Virus record (IMG/VR): IMGVR_UViG_2585428004_000001
Span: 32,001-96,000 of that record
Origin: a virus
Taxonomy: Duplodnaviria; Caudoviricetes
DNA length: 64,000 bases
Direction: 5' to 3' (one strand)
The position numbers were made by a program, and so were the translations under genes. Below, one piece after another: positions 36,436-47,400 of this stretch. Under the pieces are notes generated by a model. The model did not search any database, was not told the origin of the DNA, and was given only the letters and a program-made list of their open reading frames with translations. The first letter of the stretch is position 1, and each line of letters begins with the position of its first letter.

Positions 36436-37125
36436 TTAGTCAAGTAACTCAATCCATAATAAGCCTTGTTGTGGCGTTGTTGGAGCAGTTGCACTAACAA
36501 TGGTCTTATCAAATAAGAACCAGTATGTTGCATTTGTTGGCGCTGTTCCTGCAGTAGTATCCTTTGCACAATAGAATATATTCCCATTGTAACTAACTGC
36601 ATCTCCCATTACATATGCTGTTGTTGCACCGTATAACCCTCTATAATGGGTATTTAATCCAACGTCACCCTTATCTCCTTTTGTGGAGATTTTCTGCCAG
36701 TTTGCCGTGTTAGTAGGTACAATGCCTTTTGCATCTTTTGTACAAAGATAAAGGTCTCCATTGTACGTTACCATGTTTTGAAACTTGTACTGCGTTGAAG
36801 TGTTATAAACTCCCTTATGAACGAAGTCGTTGACATAAGTTGCCCATAAAGCTTGCTTAGCTTCAATGAACTCCATTACTTCTTGCGTAAAGAATGTCTC
36901 TACATTTACTAGAGCATCAGCAAATTTATTCCAAGTTTCTGGTGTGATGATATAGTTTCCTAATGAAATCACTAGGTTATTCAATTCTGTTTGCTCTGTA
37001 GCATTCAGAGTAGGCTTCATCTTCAACTCTTGGAATCGTTTTGCTTGTGCAACTTTACTTGGAGGTAAATCAAAGAGTTCAACGAAACTATCGATTTGCT
37101 CTGGGAATGTGCTTCGATTTGCCAA
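36436..37125 (-). CDS. baseplate protein with CBM5/12-like repeats
   Basis: Two Y...Y...D/MV.YNG..Y.C.....P.N..YW repeats; short collagen-like GDKGDVG. Confidence 0.7.
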   Translation of the reverse strand: MANRSTFPEQIDSFVELFDLPPSKVAQAKRFQELKMKPTLNATEQTELNNLVISLGNYIITPETWNKFADALVNVETFFTQEVMEFIEAKQALWATYVNDFVHKGVYNTSTQYKFQNMVTYNGDLYLCTKDAKGIVPTNTANWQKISTKGDKGDVGLNTHYRGLYGATTAYVMGDAVSYNGNIFYCAKDTTAGTAPTNATYWFLFDKTIVSATAPTTPQQGLLWIELLD

Positions 37126-37144
37126 AGCTACCCTTCCTTTCTCA

Positions 37145-37219
37145 TTGCAATGGTTTTGTTTAATATCTCCTTAATCAACTCTACTACCCTATTCTACCAC
37201 ATTTAAAAAACGGTGTCAA
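37145..37219 (-). promoter_or_regulatory. sigA promoter with downstream motif copy
   Basis: TTGACA-17-TAGAAT (37219-37191); motif 37161-37149. Confidence 0.75.
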
Positions 37220-37242
37220 TAAATTTTAATGAATTTGTTTTA

Positions 37243-39321
37243 CTAAATTCTATCAAAATTTACATTAAAACTTTCCAATGCTTTTCCTTGTACGGCTTTA
37301 GAGTTATCGAAGATAGCCTCTGCATTTAATGCCGTTGTACCTCTATGGTCGTATCCTGCGATAGAACCAGTATCAATCTCGTCTCCAGTAAGATTTAATC
37401 TAATGGACTTTACGTAGTTGACTGCATTGGCTGTAAAATCATTTATGAACGCATCATAAGTTGTGAACGCTGTGTTAGCAATGATAGCATCTTTCACTGC
37501 CTCTCCTCCACTCTTAGTAGAGGATTTAATAGAGTTCATTACAGACTTCATATCTTTCCCATCAACAATCTTCTTATCAAGGTACTTCATGATAACATAT
37601 CCTGCACTGTAACTATCACTAGTATCTTCCCAATAATTATCTTTTAGCATTCTTGTTGCAAGGCTAATGAGATTGTTTAACTTTGTATTGTTGATTACTC
37701 CATTGTCTACTATAGAAAACTTTAATCGTTCATCAGCACCATGAAGTAATTCTGCACTACCCTCTGTAAACCAAGTAGGCATAAGTCTTGTCTTCTCTAC
37801 CCCAAACACATCGTTCATAAGTAAATGGACTACTTCGTGACCTAAGATGCGGTCGCTGTACTCTTCTTTTCCTGCTCCAGTATTACCATTGTCGTCCCCA
37901 TTTGATTTAAAGTCTGCTAGGTCAATGGTTAACACCTGTCTCTTAGTTCCCATATATCCTGCAACATAGGCTGTTACTCCATGCTTTTCTCCATTTTCGA
38001 ATCTAACAGTTACATCTGCACCAGAACCAACTAAGCCATAGTAGTTCTTTATGCGTTGCTCAGATAGCGACAGCCATCCTTTATTCATAATCCCATCTTC
38101 TACTATAGTAGCAATCTCTCTTGCCTCTGTAAGTGAACTGTCCACTTCAATAGTGTCATAGTACATCTTATGAGCATTAATGGTCATATTATCCTTAACT
38201 CCTAGACCTGTAGAGATAGAATCTATAATGTATCGTTCTACCTTTTTGGAAACGAAGTTATAAACTTCTATAATGTCATTTCCATCTAGGAAGTAAACTG
38301 GAACAGAAGTGATAGCTAACTGCTCTTGGAAATTGCTTGCTTTAAACAACTCATATCTGGCACTAGATTCACATTGAGAAAGAGTAGTTAACTTTGTATC
38401 TACAACAACTTTCTTTCTAACCTTAATCTTTGACTCATGGAATGGAGAGTCTTCTTTTGCTAGACTAACCTCTGCTTTTGGAGTAAGACCTGTTTTGTCA
38501 TCCATTCTACCAATAACAACTACCTTATTCTTAACATTCTTATAAGTGTAGTTCTCACCAAAGGTAGTGATGTGATTTGATTCACCATTAAATACCCAAG
38601 AAACAGGTTCTCCATCTTCTCTCTGTATTTGCATCTTTCTGAATACGAAAGTGCCATCTACATCGTAGTATGCTTCCCAATCCATATACAAATCTCTTAG
38701 AGTCTCGATTATATCTAAGACAGTGTCTCCTTCATTAAACTCTAGCTTATATGGAACTGTTAGTGTAGTGAACTGTATGTCTGCCTTCCATTCCCCATAC
38801 AGATGTAAGATTTCTGTTATAGCTGTATGGATTGGCGTATCTGCATCAATTACAATCTTATTCTCTAATTGCTCCATTTCCCATCTCATCATATTATCCT
38901 GTAGTGCAATGGTTGTAGTACGATTCTCTGGGGATATATCTACACTAGGTTCAGTAATATAGAATGTTCCCAAACAGAAGTGTGTTATCGTTCCATCTGA
39001 TGATGTTAAGTCTTCAATCCCTGCATACACTCTAATTCTATTGGTCATCCATAGTAGGCTTCCCTCTGTTGGTCTCAAAGAATCAAGTAGCACAAAGGAC
39101 AGATTGCCTGTCCTTCTGATTAAGCTACTATTTGAGATACTTATATCTCCACCTGTAGAGAGACCTTGAATGGTTTCAATAGTATTCATTTCTTCATCTA
39201 ATACCTCTACAGTGATATACAGCTTTCTAATTGACTGAAGATGGAGGTCTGCGTAGTTAGCGATGTTTGGTATATTCTTACCAGACATAACGATGTTACC
39301 TTTAATATAATTATCAGCCAC
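37243..39321 (-). CDS. baseplate hub/Tal-like protein with a C-terminal flagellinolysin-like zinc metallopeptidase
   Basis: N-terminal hub-like region (YYDVDGTFVF, VKNKVVVIG); C-terminal DRILGHEVVH...TWFTEGSAELLHGADERL...YSAGY. Confidence 0.8.
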   Translation of the reverse strand: MADNYIKGNIVMSGKNIPNIANYADLHLQSIRKLYITVEVLDEEMNTIETIQGLSTGGDISISNSSLIRRTGNLSFVLLDSLRPTEGSLLWMTNRIRVYAGIEDLTSSDGTITHFCLGTFYITEPSVDISPENRTTTIALQDNMMRWEMEQLENKIVIDADTPIHTAITEILHLYGEWKADIQFTTLTVPYKLEFNEGDTVLDIIETLRDLYMDWEAYYDVDGTFVFRKMQIQREDGEPVSWVFNGESNHITTFGENYTYKNVKNKVVVIGRMDDKTGLTPKAEVSLAKEDSPFHESKIKVRKKVVVDTKLTTLSQCESSARYELFKASNFQEQLAITSVPVYFLDGNDIIEVYNFVSKKVERYIIDSISTGLGVKDNMTINAHKMYYDTIEVDSSLTEAREIATIVEDGIMNKGWLSLSEQRIKNYYGLVGSGADVTVRFENGEKHGVTAYVAGYMGTKRQVLTIDLADFKSNGDDNGNTGAGKEEYSDRILGHEVVHLLMNDVFGVEKTRLMPTWFTEGSAELLHGADERLKFSIVDNGVINNTKLNNLISLATRMLKDNYWEDTSDSYSAGYVIMKYLDKKIVDGKDMKSVMNSIKSSTKSGGEAVKDAIIANTAFTTYDAFINDFTANAVNYVKSIRLNLTGDEIDTGSIAGYDHRGTTALNAEAIFDNSKAVQGKALESFNVNFDRI

Positions 39322-40264
39322 TAATTACCCCTCCATCATCATCGAATGTCATTTTCTGCATATGAGCAGGAGCGATAAGGTCATTCTTAATCATTGCTCC
39401 AAAGTCAAGTTTACCAATCTCAAGGAAGTCGAATGAGATGTTTGCCAAGTCTCTTAACAGGTCTCCTTCTTTATGCTGTACGTTTGCATTCTGTGTTACA
39501 ACTAACATCAGTACACCACTATCCATACGAAGGACTTTTGCTTTGCCATTATTTAAGAAGTCCACCCAATCTTGACGATTGACTTGTTCAGCAAGCTTAT
39601 CAATTGCTCCTCCTGCCAGTGCCACTGTATTATTAGATAAAGGTAATACAGATAAGTTTCCACTTCTGTAATTACTATTGCCAAAGACAACAATAGGGAA
39701 CTGACCATCGATTGGTTGGTTTACACTTGATGATTGATTGTATGTGATATCGCCAAGTTGAATGTCATATTCAAATCGCTTGTTCTCATACTTATCTGTT
39801 AAAAAAATCCCCTCATACTCTGATTTAACTTCGTCAGAGATAAGCTTATCTCCTAGCACTTCATTTGCCACTGGAACGATTGCATACTGATATAAAGCGC
39901 CATTCTCTGTGTATCTATCTACATAGTCATACACATTGTATTCTGGGTCATAGTCGAATTCTGCTACAGCCTCCCACTTAAATGTCCCTACAACAGAGCG
40001 ATATAGAAGAATCTTCGTCACTTTAAATCCATCAGCGCCAATCGAACCTGCATCTAAATCACCTGTGAACTTGGCATCCATAAGCGTTTGCAATGTCCAG
40101 TTAGTAGGCTTAGCTGTGCTGTCAACAACATTAGTATCTAATGTAACGAACGCTTCATCGTATATACCCTCGTTTAACTGTAATTCATCCATATGGTCTG
40201 TACAAATAGGAGTATCCCAGACACACCCTTCTGCATAGCCAAAGAAATTGTAGTCTATAATCAC
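39314..40264 (-). CDS. distal tail/baseplate protein
   Basis: Position after the TMP; beta-rich. Confidence 0.65.
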   Translation of the reverse strand: MIIDYNFFGYAEGCVWDTPICTDHMDELQLNEGIYDEAFVTLDTNVVDSTAKPTNWTLQTLMDAKFTGDLDAGSIGADGFKVTKILLYRSVVGTFKWEAVAEFDYDPEYNVYDYVDRYTENGALYQYAIVPVANEVLGDKLISDEVKSEYEGIFLTDKYENKRFEYDIQLGDITYNQSSSVNQPIDGQFPIVVFGNSNYRSGNLSVLPLSNNTVALAGGAIDKLAEQVNRQDWVDFLNNGKAKVLRMDSGVLMLVVTQNANVQHKEGDLLRDLANISFDFLEIGKLDFGAMIKNDLIAPAHMQKMTFDDDGGVISG

Positions 40265-40277
40265 GTTATCACCTCTC

Positions 40278-41363
40278 TTATAGGATTTTTATAGACAAGT
40301 CTATTCGATGTTCAATCGCTTTTGCATATAGCATAAACGGTGAATCGTATGGAATGGTAACGACATTAGAGCAATGTCTAGATACAACTCGACCATACTT
40401 CTTAACTGCAATTACTTTGTTTGAATACTTCCAGAATTCAATTGCAATTCCTGTATTATCTACAGGGCTTAAATCCAAGAATTTTGTACCGTTTGGAATC
40501 TTCTTGCACCATACTTTCATTACAAAGTCTGATGCTCTATTCATCCCTAAACCTTTGAAGATAACAGGCTTCCCTTTGGGAACAATAACCCATTCATCCC
40601 CTTCGTATTTATAATCTTCCTTGATTTGACCTTCTGATTTTTCTGTCCGTGCGCCACTAGTTACTTGAGTACCTAATAACTGCTTTAAGTTAGCTGTTAC
40701 TTTAACTACTCCTTCATCTGAATCATTTCTGGTATTGATAACACCGTTGACACTAGGAACGATATATAAAGGGATAAACCTTTCTCTGTGAGTCCACACT
40801 ACTCCATTGACAGTTTCAATTGAACACTCAATAAAGTAACCCTTCCCCTTCTCTAACCCTCTTACAACCTCAGTTAAGGAGTTTGGTGCGCTAGGAACTC
40901 TGATTGGATAGTTCTCAATTAAATCTTCATTCTCATCGAAAAGACTAAATCGATAAGTCTTAACTGACTCTCCTTCACTCTGAGAATAGATGGCGATGAA
41001 TGTTACATCTGAGTTGTAAACATATCCTTGACCATCAATATTATCAATGTCTAATACAGGATTACTAAAAGTTTTAAACTGCACTTCGTTTGAATAAGGA
41101 GACTGGTCTCCATCAGAAGAGATTGCTCGTATCTTGGCTTTATATGACTTCCCATTCAGAAGGATATTAGGTGGAACATGATGAACCTTCTCATACGAAG
41201 AATATTCAAAGCTGTATACAATCTCATTTGTCTTAGTATCTGTGACAACCAGTTGATTCTTTAGAGACTGTTTACTACCTGTGTAAGTATAATAGATACT
41301 TGCTCCTTTAGTGGCATCAAACGGTTGAATAACCAAAAGACTTGGTTTAATATCTACTACCAC
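40278..41363 (-). CDS. baseplate protein with FN3/Ig-like repeats
   Basis: L.NGKSYKAKIRA and LEKGKGYFIE FN3-like strands. Confidence 0.65.
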   Translation of the reverse strand: MVVDIKPSLLVIQPFDATKGASIYYTYTGSKQSLKNQLVVTDTKTNEIVYSFEYSSYEKVHHVPPNILLNGKSYKAKIRAISSDGDQSPYSNEVQFKTFSNPVLDIDNIDGQGYVYNSDVTFIAIYSQSEGESVKTYRFSLFDENEDLIENYPIRVPSAPNSLTEVVRGLEKGKGYFIECSIETVNGVVWTHRERFIPLYIVPSVNGVINTRNDSDEGVVKVTANLKQLLGTQVTSGARTEKSEGQIKEDYKYEGDEWVIVPKGKPVIFKGLGMNRASDFVMKVWCKKIPNGTKFLDLSPVDNTGIAIEFWKYSNKVIAVKKYGRVVSRHCSNVVTIPYDSPFMLYAKAIEHRIDLSIKIL

Positions 41364-41386
41364 TAGAACACCTCATTTCTTATTAC

Positions 41387-41428
41387 ATTTTATCATTTAA
41401 ACATTATAATTGCAATGGTTTTGTTTAA
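41387..41428 (-). promoter_or_regulatory. motif-overlapping sigA promoter
   Basis: TTGCAA 41415-41410, 17 bp, TAAAAT 41392-41387. Confidence 0.8.
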
Positions 41429-41452
41429 GAGGAGTTTTATAGACTCCTCTTA
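41426..41452 (-). terminator. stem-loop after the tape measure gene
   Basis: TAAGAGGAGT/ACTCCTCTTA. Confidence 0.6.
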
Positions 41453-41463
41453 AACCTTTCCAT

Positions 41464-44400
41464 TTACTTTTCCTTGCTCTTTTGAAGAGCAATTTTTGGA
41501 AGAGACAAGATAGCTTCTTCAAGTCCATTGGCATTCTTGACGTTAGGGAACTCAAGTTTGCCAAGGTGAATGCTAACTGATTTACTTTGACTACTATTAT
41601 TGGCTTGACCAAAACTCGGAATCTTGGCAATCAGTATTTCAGCGAAGGCTTTAGCCATGCTATCACCAATTCCCTCAAACGCTTTTGCTAGTTCTTTATT
41701 CAAATCTTCAACCTTGCCACCTACTGGAGTCTCTGGAGAAATGATGTTCTCTAGGATGTCACCATTCTCTTTGATGTACTTGCTATAAGCATCAACCAGT
41801 TCGTTTAGGTACTCCTCTTTGATTTTAGGGAAGTCACCTAACATAGAATCATAAGCACCTGTTAAATCATCAATAGCTTCTTTGAAGTCTTCGATGTTTT
41901 CGAACTGCCCTTTCTCAGCATCTTCAAGGATTTTGTCAAGCTTGTTAATGTATTCCTCACGAGCCTTTTGCTCTGCCTCTTGAAGTTTAAGTTCAGCATC
42001 AGCAATCTCTTGCTCTGTTTCCTTAATTTTATCAGCATCTGCTGTGTACTCCCAATCCCAAGTACCATCAGCTTGCTTCTTAAGGGCTTGGATATTCTTT
42101 TCTTTGTTCAAGTTCTCTAACTTCTGTTGAAGTTCGATAATATCCAATTGCTTATTAAGGTAGTCCATTTCAAATCGACTTAGCTTTTCTTGTTTATCAA
42201 GGAGTGCCATCTTCTCATCGAACTCTTGAGTTTTCAAATCAGATATCTTCTGGTACATCTCTTCAAGGGCAATCTCTCTTTCGAGTCCAGTTATCCAGAG
42301 GTCATGATAGTCCTTGAACTGTTTGATAGTTTTACCTTCGAACATTCCTCTTTCAAGCTTGCCCATAGTTGTATCGAATGAATTAGACATGATATTCTTA
42401 TTCATTTCGATAAGCTGTAAATTACTATCTTCTAACAGTTTGTTATACTCTTCAACCTCTTTATTGATAAGATTCCACTCGAAGCCACCTTCCTCATACA
42501 TAACAAGTTGTTTCTTTAAGTTGGCAAGCGTATTTTGAAGTTCTGAGTTTCTAGATTTTTCAACATTCAACATGCTGTCCATAAGAGCGCCTTTAGCTTC
42601 GAATTTATCTCCACCTAAAGATTTAAGCACCTTCATAGAGTAATCTAGACTCTTGCTATACTTATCGTACTCTTTAATTGCCTTATCAAGTAAGCTGAAT
42701 TCGAACTCAAATCTCTCTTTGACAGTTTCTTTAATCTTGTTTTGAGAATCGATATTCTCCTTCTCCATATTGGTGATTTGTTGCTTTATCTTATCCTCTT
42801 GTTCATCAGTTAACGTTGAATCCTTTAACTGATTCTTGAGTTCAAGCATTGCATCATTGTTCGCTTTAATGGATGCTTTGTAAAATTTCTCTTGCAATTT
42901 AAGATTGTCAATAATGTACTGATTTGTTAGGCTTTCTCTTTTCTCTGGGAATAAATCCATAAAAGCGTCATACTTTTCTGCTAGTAACTCTTGCTCTAGA
43001 CGTAAGTAATCAAAAGCCTCAGTAAGTCTTCCTGCAAACTTATCTAAGTCAGTACTACTATTAGATATATTATTGAATTCTCCTAGGATTTGTTCAAAGT
43101 TAGTAGATAATCCTGCAGTGTAGTTTTGTGACATCTTTAGCATCTGGTTATACTTATTAGCTTCAATAGTAAGCTGTAAATTAGCAACCCCTGCTTGTCT
43201 ATCAACGTTCTTCTTAGCAAATGCATCCATAGCTTGCTGAACTTCTTCTTCAAGTCTGATTCTATCTTTGGCAGACTGTTCAAATTGATTGTCTCGACCA
43301 AAGTCTAATCCAACACCATTTGATGATACGAGGTCTGAAAGGTCAGTCCCACTCATTAAACCTTCTTTTAGATTCTTGATATTGTTATCAAGTCTACTTA
43401 GGTTTGTATCTACAACTCGTCCAAATTCATCCATATCATGTGTTACACGACTAAATTCGATATCATTAATCGCTTTTTGATATTTAATGATGGAATCAGC
43501 TTGAGATAAAATCTCTTTACCTAGCTTGTCTAGTGTAGACTTCAATGATGTACCATTCTTATCATAAGCAACGTTAGCTTTAGAAAGTTGGTTAAACTCA
43601 TTGATTAGGGAAGACATGCTACTCTTAGCATTATTCATAGCTTGTTCGTTTGCATTAAGAGCCAGTTCTGTGTCGTTACCAGAGATGAATCCAAGTGTCT
43701 TAGAGTAAATGTTGTCTGTGTTATTAACACTAGTTAATAGAGCATCTATTCTCTTAAGGACTCCCTCGAAAGACTTCATTTCTTCTGCGATTTTAGCCTG
43801 TTCAATCTTATCAGTAATATCAGATACTTGATTGCCAATGTCCTGCATCTTATCATCGATTCCCTGTAACTCATTCTTAAGAGATTTCCAAGTGTTTAAT
43901 AACTCTTCTGCCTCTTTAGCTTGGTCTCCAGAAAGACTCTTGGCATGACCAAGATTGCCAATTGTATTGGTATTAGTATTGGTACTAAAACCATATCCTC
44001 TCAGCTTGTTTAAAACCTCATCTATATGGCTTTCCTTCTGACCTTTAAGAGTTCGAAGTTCACCCTGTTCTTGCTTTAGGAGTTGAATTTGTTGACTATA
44101 TAGGCTAATCATTTTCTCATAGTCATCTTTAACTGACTTAAGAGTTCTATCAAGGTCTTTGATTGAGTTATCTAATACAGCAACATTATCATCTGTATTC
44201 CAGTATCTCCATACATTCTCATTTACCTTTGCAGGAGGAGTATTATTGGTAGACTCAGACTTATTTATAACTCCATTAGTGTTGGCAGGGCTTGCACTTG
44301 TATTCATGGATTTAAAGGATTTACTGATAGAAGCATTACCCTTAGATACACTCTTAGCAGTTCCATCCTTGCCCGCTACATCAACGTTAACAGTTTTACT

Positions 44401-47400
44401 CCAACTTCTACTAAAGAAGTTAATGACCTTATCTAACCATTTGATACCAGTAACTTCTACATCAACATTCGTTTTCTTACTAGCAGGAATGTCTTTAACT
44501 TTAGTTCCTAATTCTTTAGCGGCATCACTAGCTTTTTTAATGGCTTTCTCATTGGCTTCCATTGCGCCTTTACCTTCACCAGTTTTACGAATCTGACCTT
44601 CCATAGCATTTACAGCTTTTTGTCCAGAATCTACAGAAGCTTGAGCCTTTTCATTTTCCTTCTTAACTAACTCATTTAACCCATTACGAATCTTGCCACT
44701 GTCGTTGACGTGCTGAACACTGTAGTTACCATATTTCTTTTGAGCCTCTGGAACATTCTTAAGAATCTCTTGGAACTGGTCATTTGTAAGCTTAGTATTT
44801 CCTGTTAAGGTAGTTTGTGCTGAACTTGTCCTGCCAAGAGCATCCTTCAATCTGTTATGTTCAACATACATTGCTGTTAACGTAGAGACTTGGTCTTGTT
44901 GCTTAACTTTAACGTTAGCCATGTTGTCTCCTAGTTTTAACAACTCTGCACCTTGCTTCTGGATTGCAGTTTGAGATTGCTTATATGCCTTCTCTTGGTT
45001 TTTAAGAGTAGCCTCTACATCTTTACCTCTACCTTCAACATATGAAAGTTGGCTTGCCCAATATTGATATTGTTGCATGTTCTCTGGCTTAATGTTGCCA
45101 TTCGCATCTTTCAGCTTTTCAATTTCTTGTTTCGCTCTATCAGCCGATGCTGATAATTGGTCTTGCTCAAATCTTAAACCTGCAATTTGCTCTTGAGCCT
45201 TTTGAGCCTTTGAAACATCTCCAACAATTTTTTCAGTGATATTAACAGCTTCTTTTGCTTTAAGTTTCTCCATCGCTTCATCAATAGCTTTAAGTTGTCC
45301 TTGGATATGACCAGTATCATTCATACTAATCTTAAGGTCTGCTCCAAGTTTGAATTTCTCTACTTGAGCATTAACCTCGTCTGCGAATGCCTTAAATTCT
45401 TCTGGAGACATGTATCCTTGAATACCTTCTGTGTTTGCATCAGTATCTGTTGCTTCAAACTTCTTATGAAGTCCACTCATAGTGCTTTGACCTTTTTCCA
45501 TGTCGCCATTCATAAGAAGGTTTTTGTCATTGAATTTTTTATTCAATTCATCCTGCTTATCGATTGCCTCTTGTTGAGTTTCAACCAGTCCATCAAAGAA
45601 TGAACCCATCTTCTCGAACACAGGAACTCCCATGATGTCTAATAAGATTAAGGCATCTCCAAGTAAAGGAACTAATGAGATAGCTTTCCCTAAAGTTTTT
45701 GCAAAACCTTTCAACTTGCCATCTGCTCTATCCGCAGCTTCTGAGCCTCGGTCTAAGTTCGATGCTAAATCCCCTGCAGTATCAGCGATATCTGCTCCTC
45801 TGTTTCTTCGGCTACTTCTTGTTTCGCCTCCAACATCATTAGGGTTTCTATTGCGGTCACGGTCGATATCAACGTCAACACTGCCACGATTGCCACCAAG
45901 GTTACTTGCTGAGTTTGCAGTCTGCTGTCTACGTTGAGACTCGGTTAAATCATCTGTATCTCTTCTCAGTCCTCTAAGAGCGTTACCTACATCTTTTGCA
46001 TTTTGTATTGCTCTTCCAAAGCTAGTCATTACAGCATCTCCAAATCGGAGCGCACCATTTGTTAAAGCGTGGAATGCTACACCTAATGCAACGAGTTTAA
46101 CAGCACTCATTACTTCATCATTTTGTAACATACTGCTGATGCCTTGTAAAGCACTAGAAAGACCACCAAGGATTTTAGACATCATACCATCAGATTCGCC
46201 AATGGTATTCATCAATTCCATCCAAGCGTTCTTCACTTCTGCTACTTGGAATCGAACAGATTCTTTCTGTTTCCCAAATTCTTCGTAAGCTGAACCTTCT
46301 GTACCCTTACCCATCTCTGCATTAGCCTCTGAGATAGATTTCTTAACTGTACCCCATTGGTCAAGGATACCAGTGACAATATTGGAATGCTCTTTACCTG
46401 CTAGGTAGAATAGAGATGTTGCTTGGTCTTCTTGACTTAATTCTCCCCATTTGCCTTTTAGCTTATCTAAAGCATCTGTCAGACTTGACGTGTCTTTCAA
46501 GTTAATCCCAATGTTATCGAAGAAGGCAAACTTTTTCTTCTGGTCTTTCGTCATCTGAGACTGAATTAAATTGTAGTTTAATGATACAGTCTTTAATGCT
46601 GTACCAATTCTTTCCCCACCTTGACGTGTAGCTTCTTGCGCACCAGTGATTAAACCTGTTAACTCTTCGAATGAAACCCCTGCAGTTTTTACTGTAGTAG
46701 CAGAACGCATGTAGGCTTTACCTAGTTCTTCCATCTCAACAGCGTTATTGTTGGCAGTTTCGTTCATTACGTTGATGATGTCGTTAGCTTTAAGACCATC
46801 TGTTTCAAATGCCTTTAAAGGAACAGACATCCATTTAACCATTAAGTCTGGGTCAATGTTACCTACGAAAGAACCGATAAGAGATGTTTTAGCTAATTCT
46901 TGAGATTCAGCGAATGTTTCCCCTGCTGTTACCCAAGTTTCCACTGCTTTCATATAGTTATCAGCAGTTACACCTAGTTCAGAAGCAGTATCATAAGATT
47001 CTTTTTTGAATGACTTAAGTGAATCTGCAGATGCATCAGCAACTTTTGCTACACGCATATAAGCTTCATCAATTAACACCATTTGCTCAAGGATTTCTCG
47101 ACCTGCTTGCTCCCCTGCCATAAATGCTGAATAAGGGTCAACTAAGCCACCTGCTTGAGCGCCACCAAATGCTTGGTCTTTTTCACGAGCCTCTTGACGT
47201 AAACGATTCAGTCGCTGTTGTTCTTGTTGCGCTCTTTCAATCTGAGCAATTTCTTGTCTTCTCTCTTGAGTAAGTGCGCCTGCCGTTTCAAGTTCTTGTC
47301 GTAATGCATTAAGCTTTCTTTCTTCATCTCGAATTGCATCTTGAATTACACCTGCTTCACGTTGCCCTGCATAAATTAGGTCACGTTGAAGTTGAGCAAT

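Noticed and set aside
41397-41630. Track ORF of 77 aa (also 60210..60428, 50027..50311, 41862..42068)
   Set aside because: Alternate-frame overlaps of real genes without RBS
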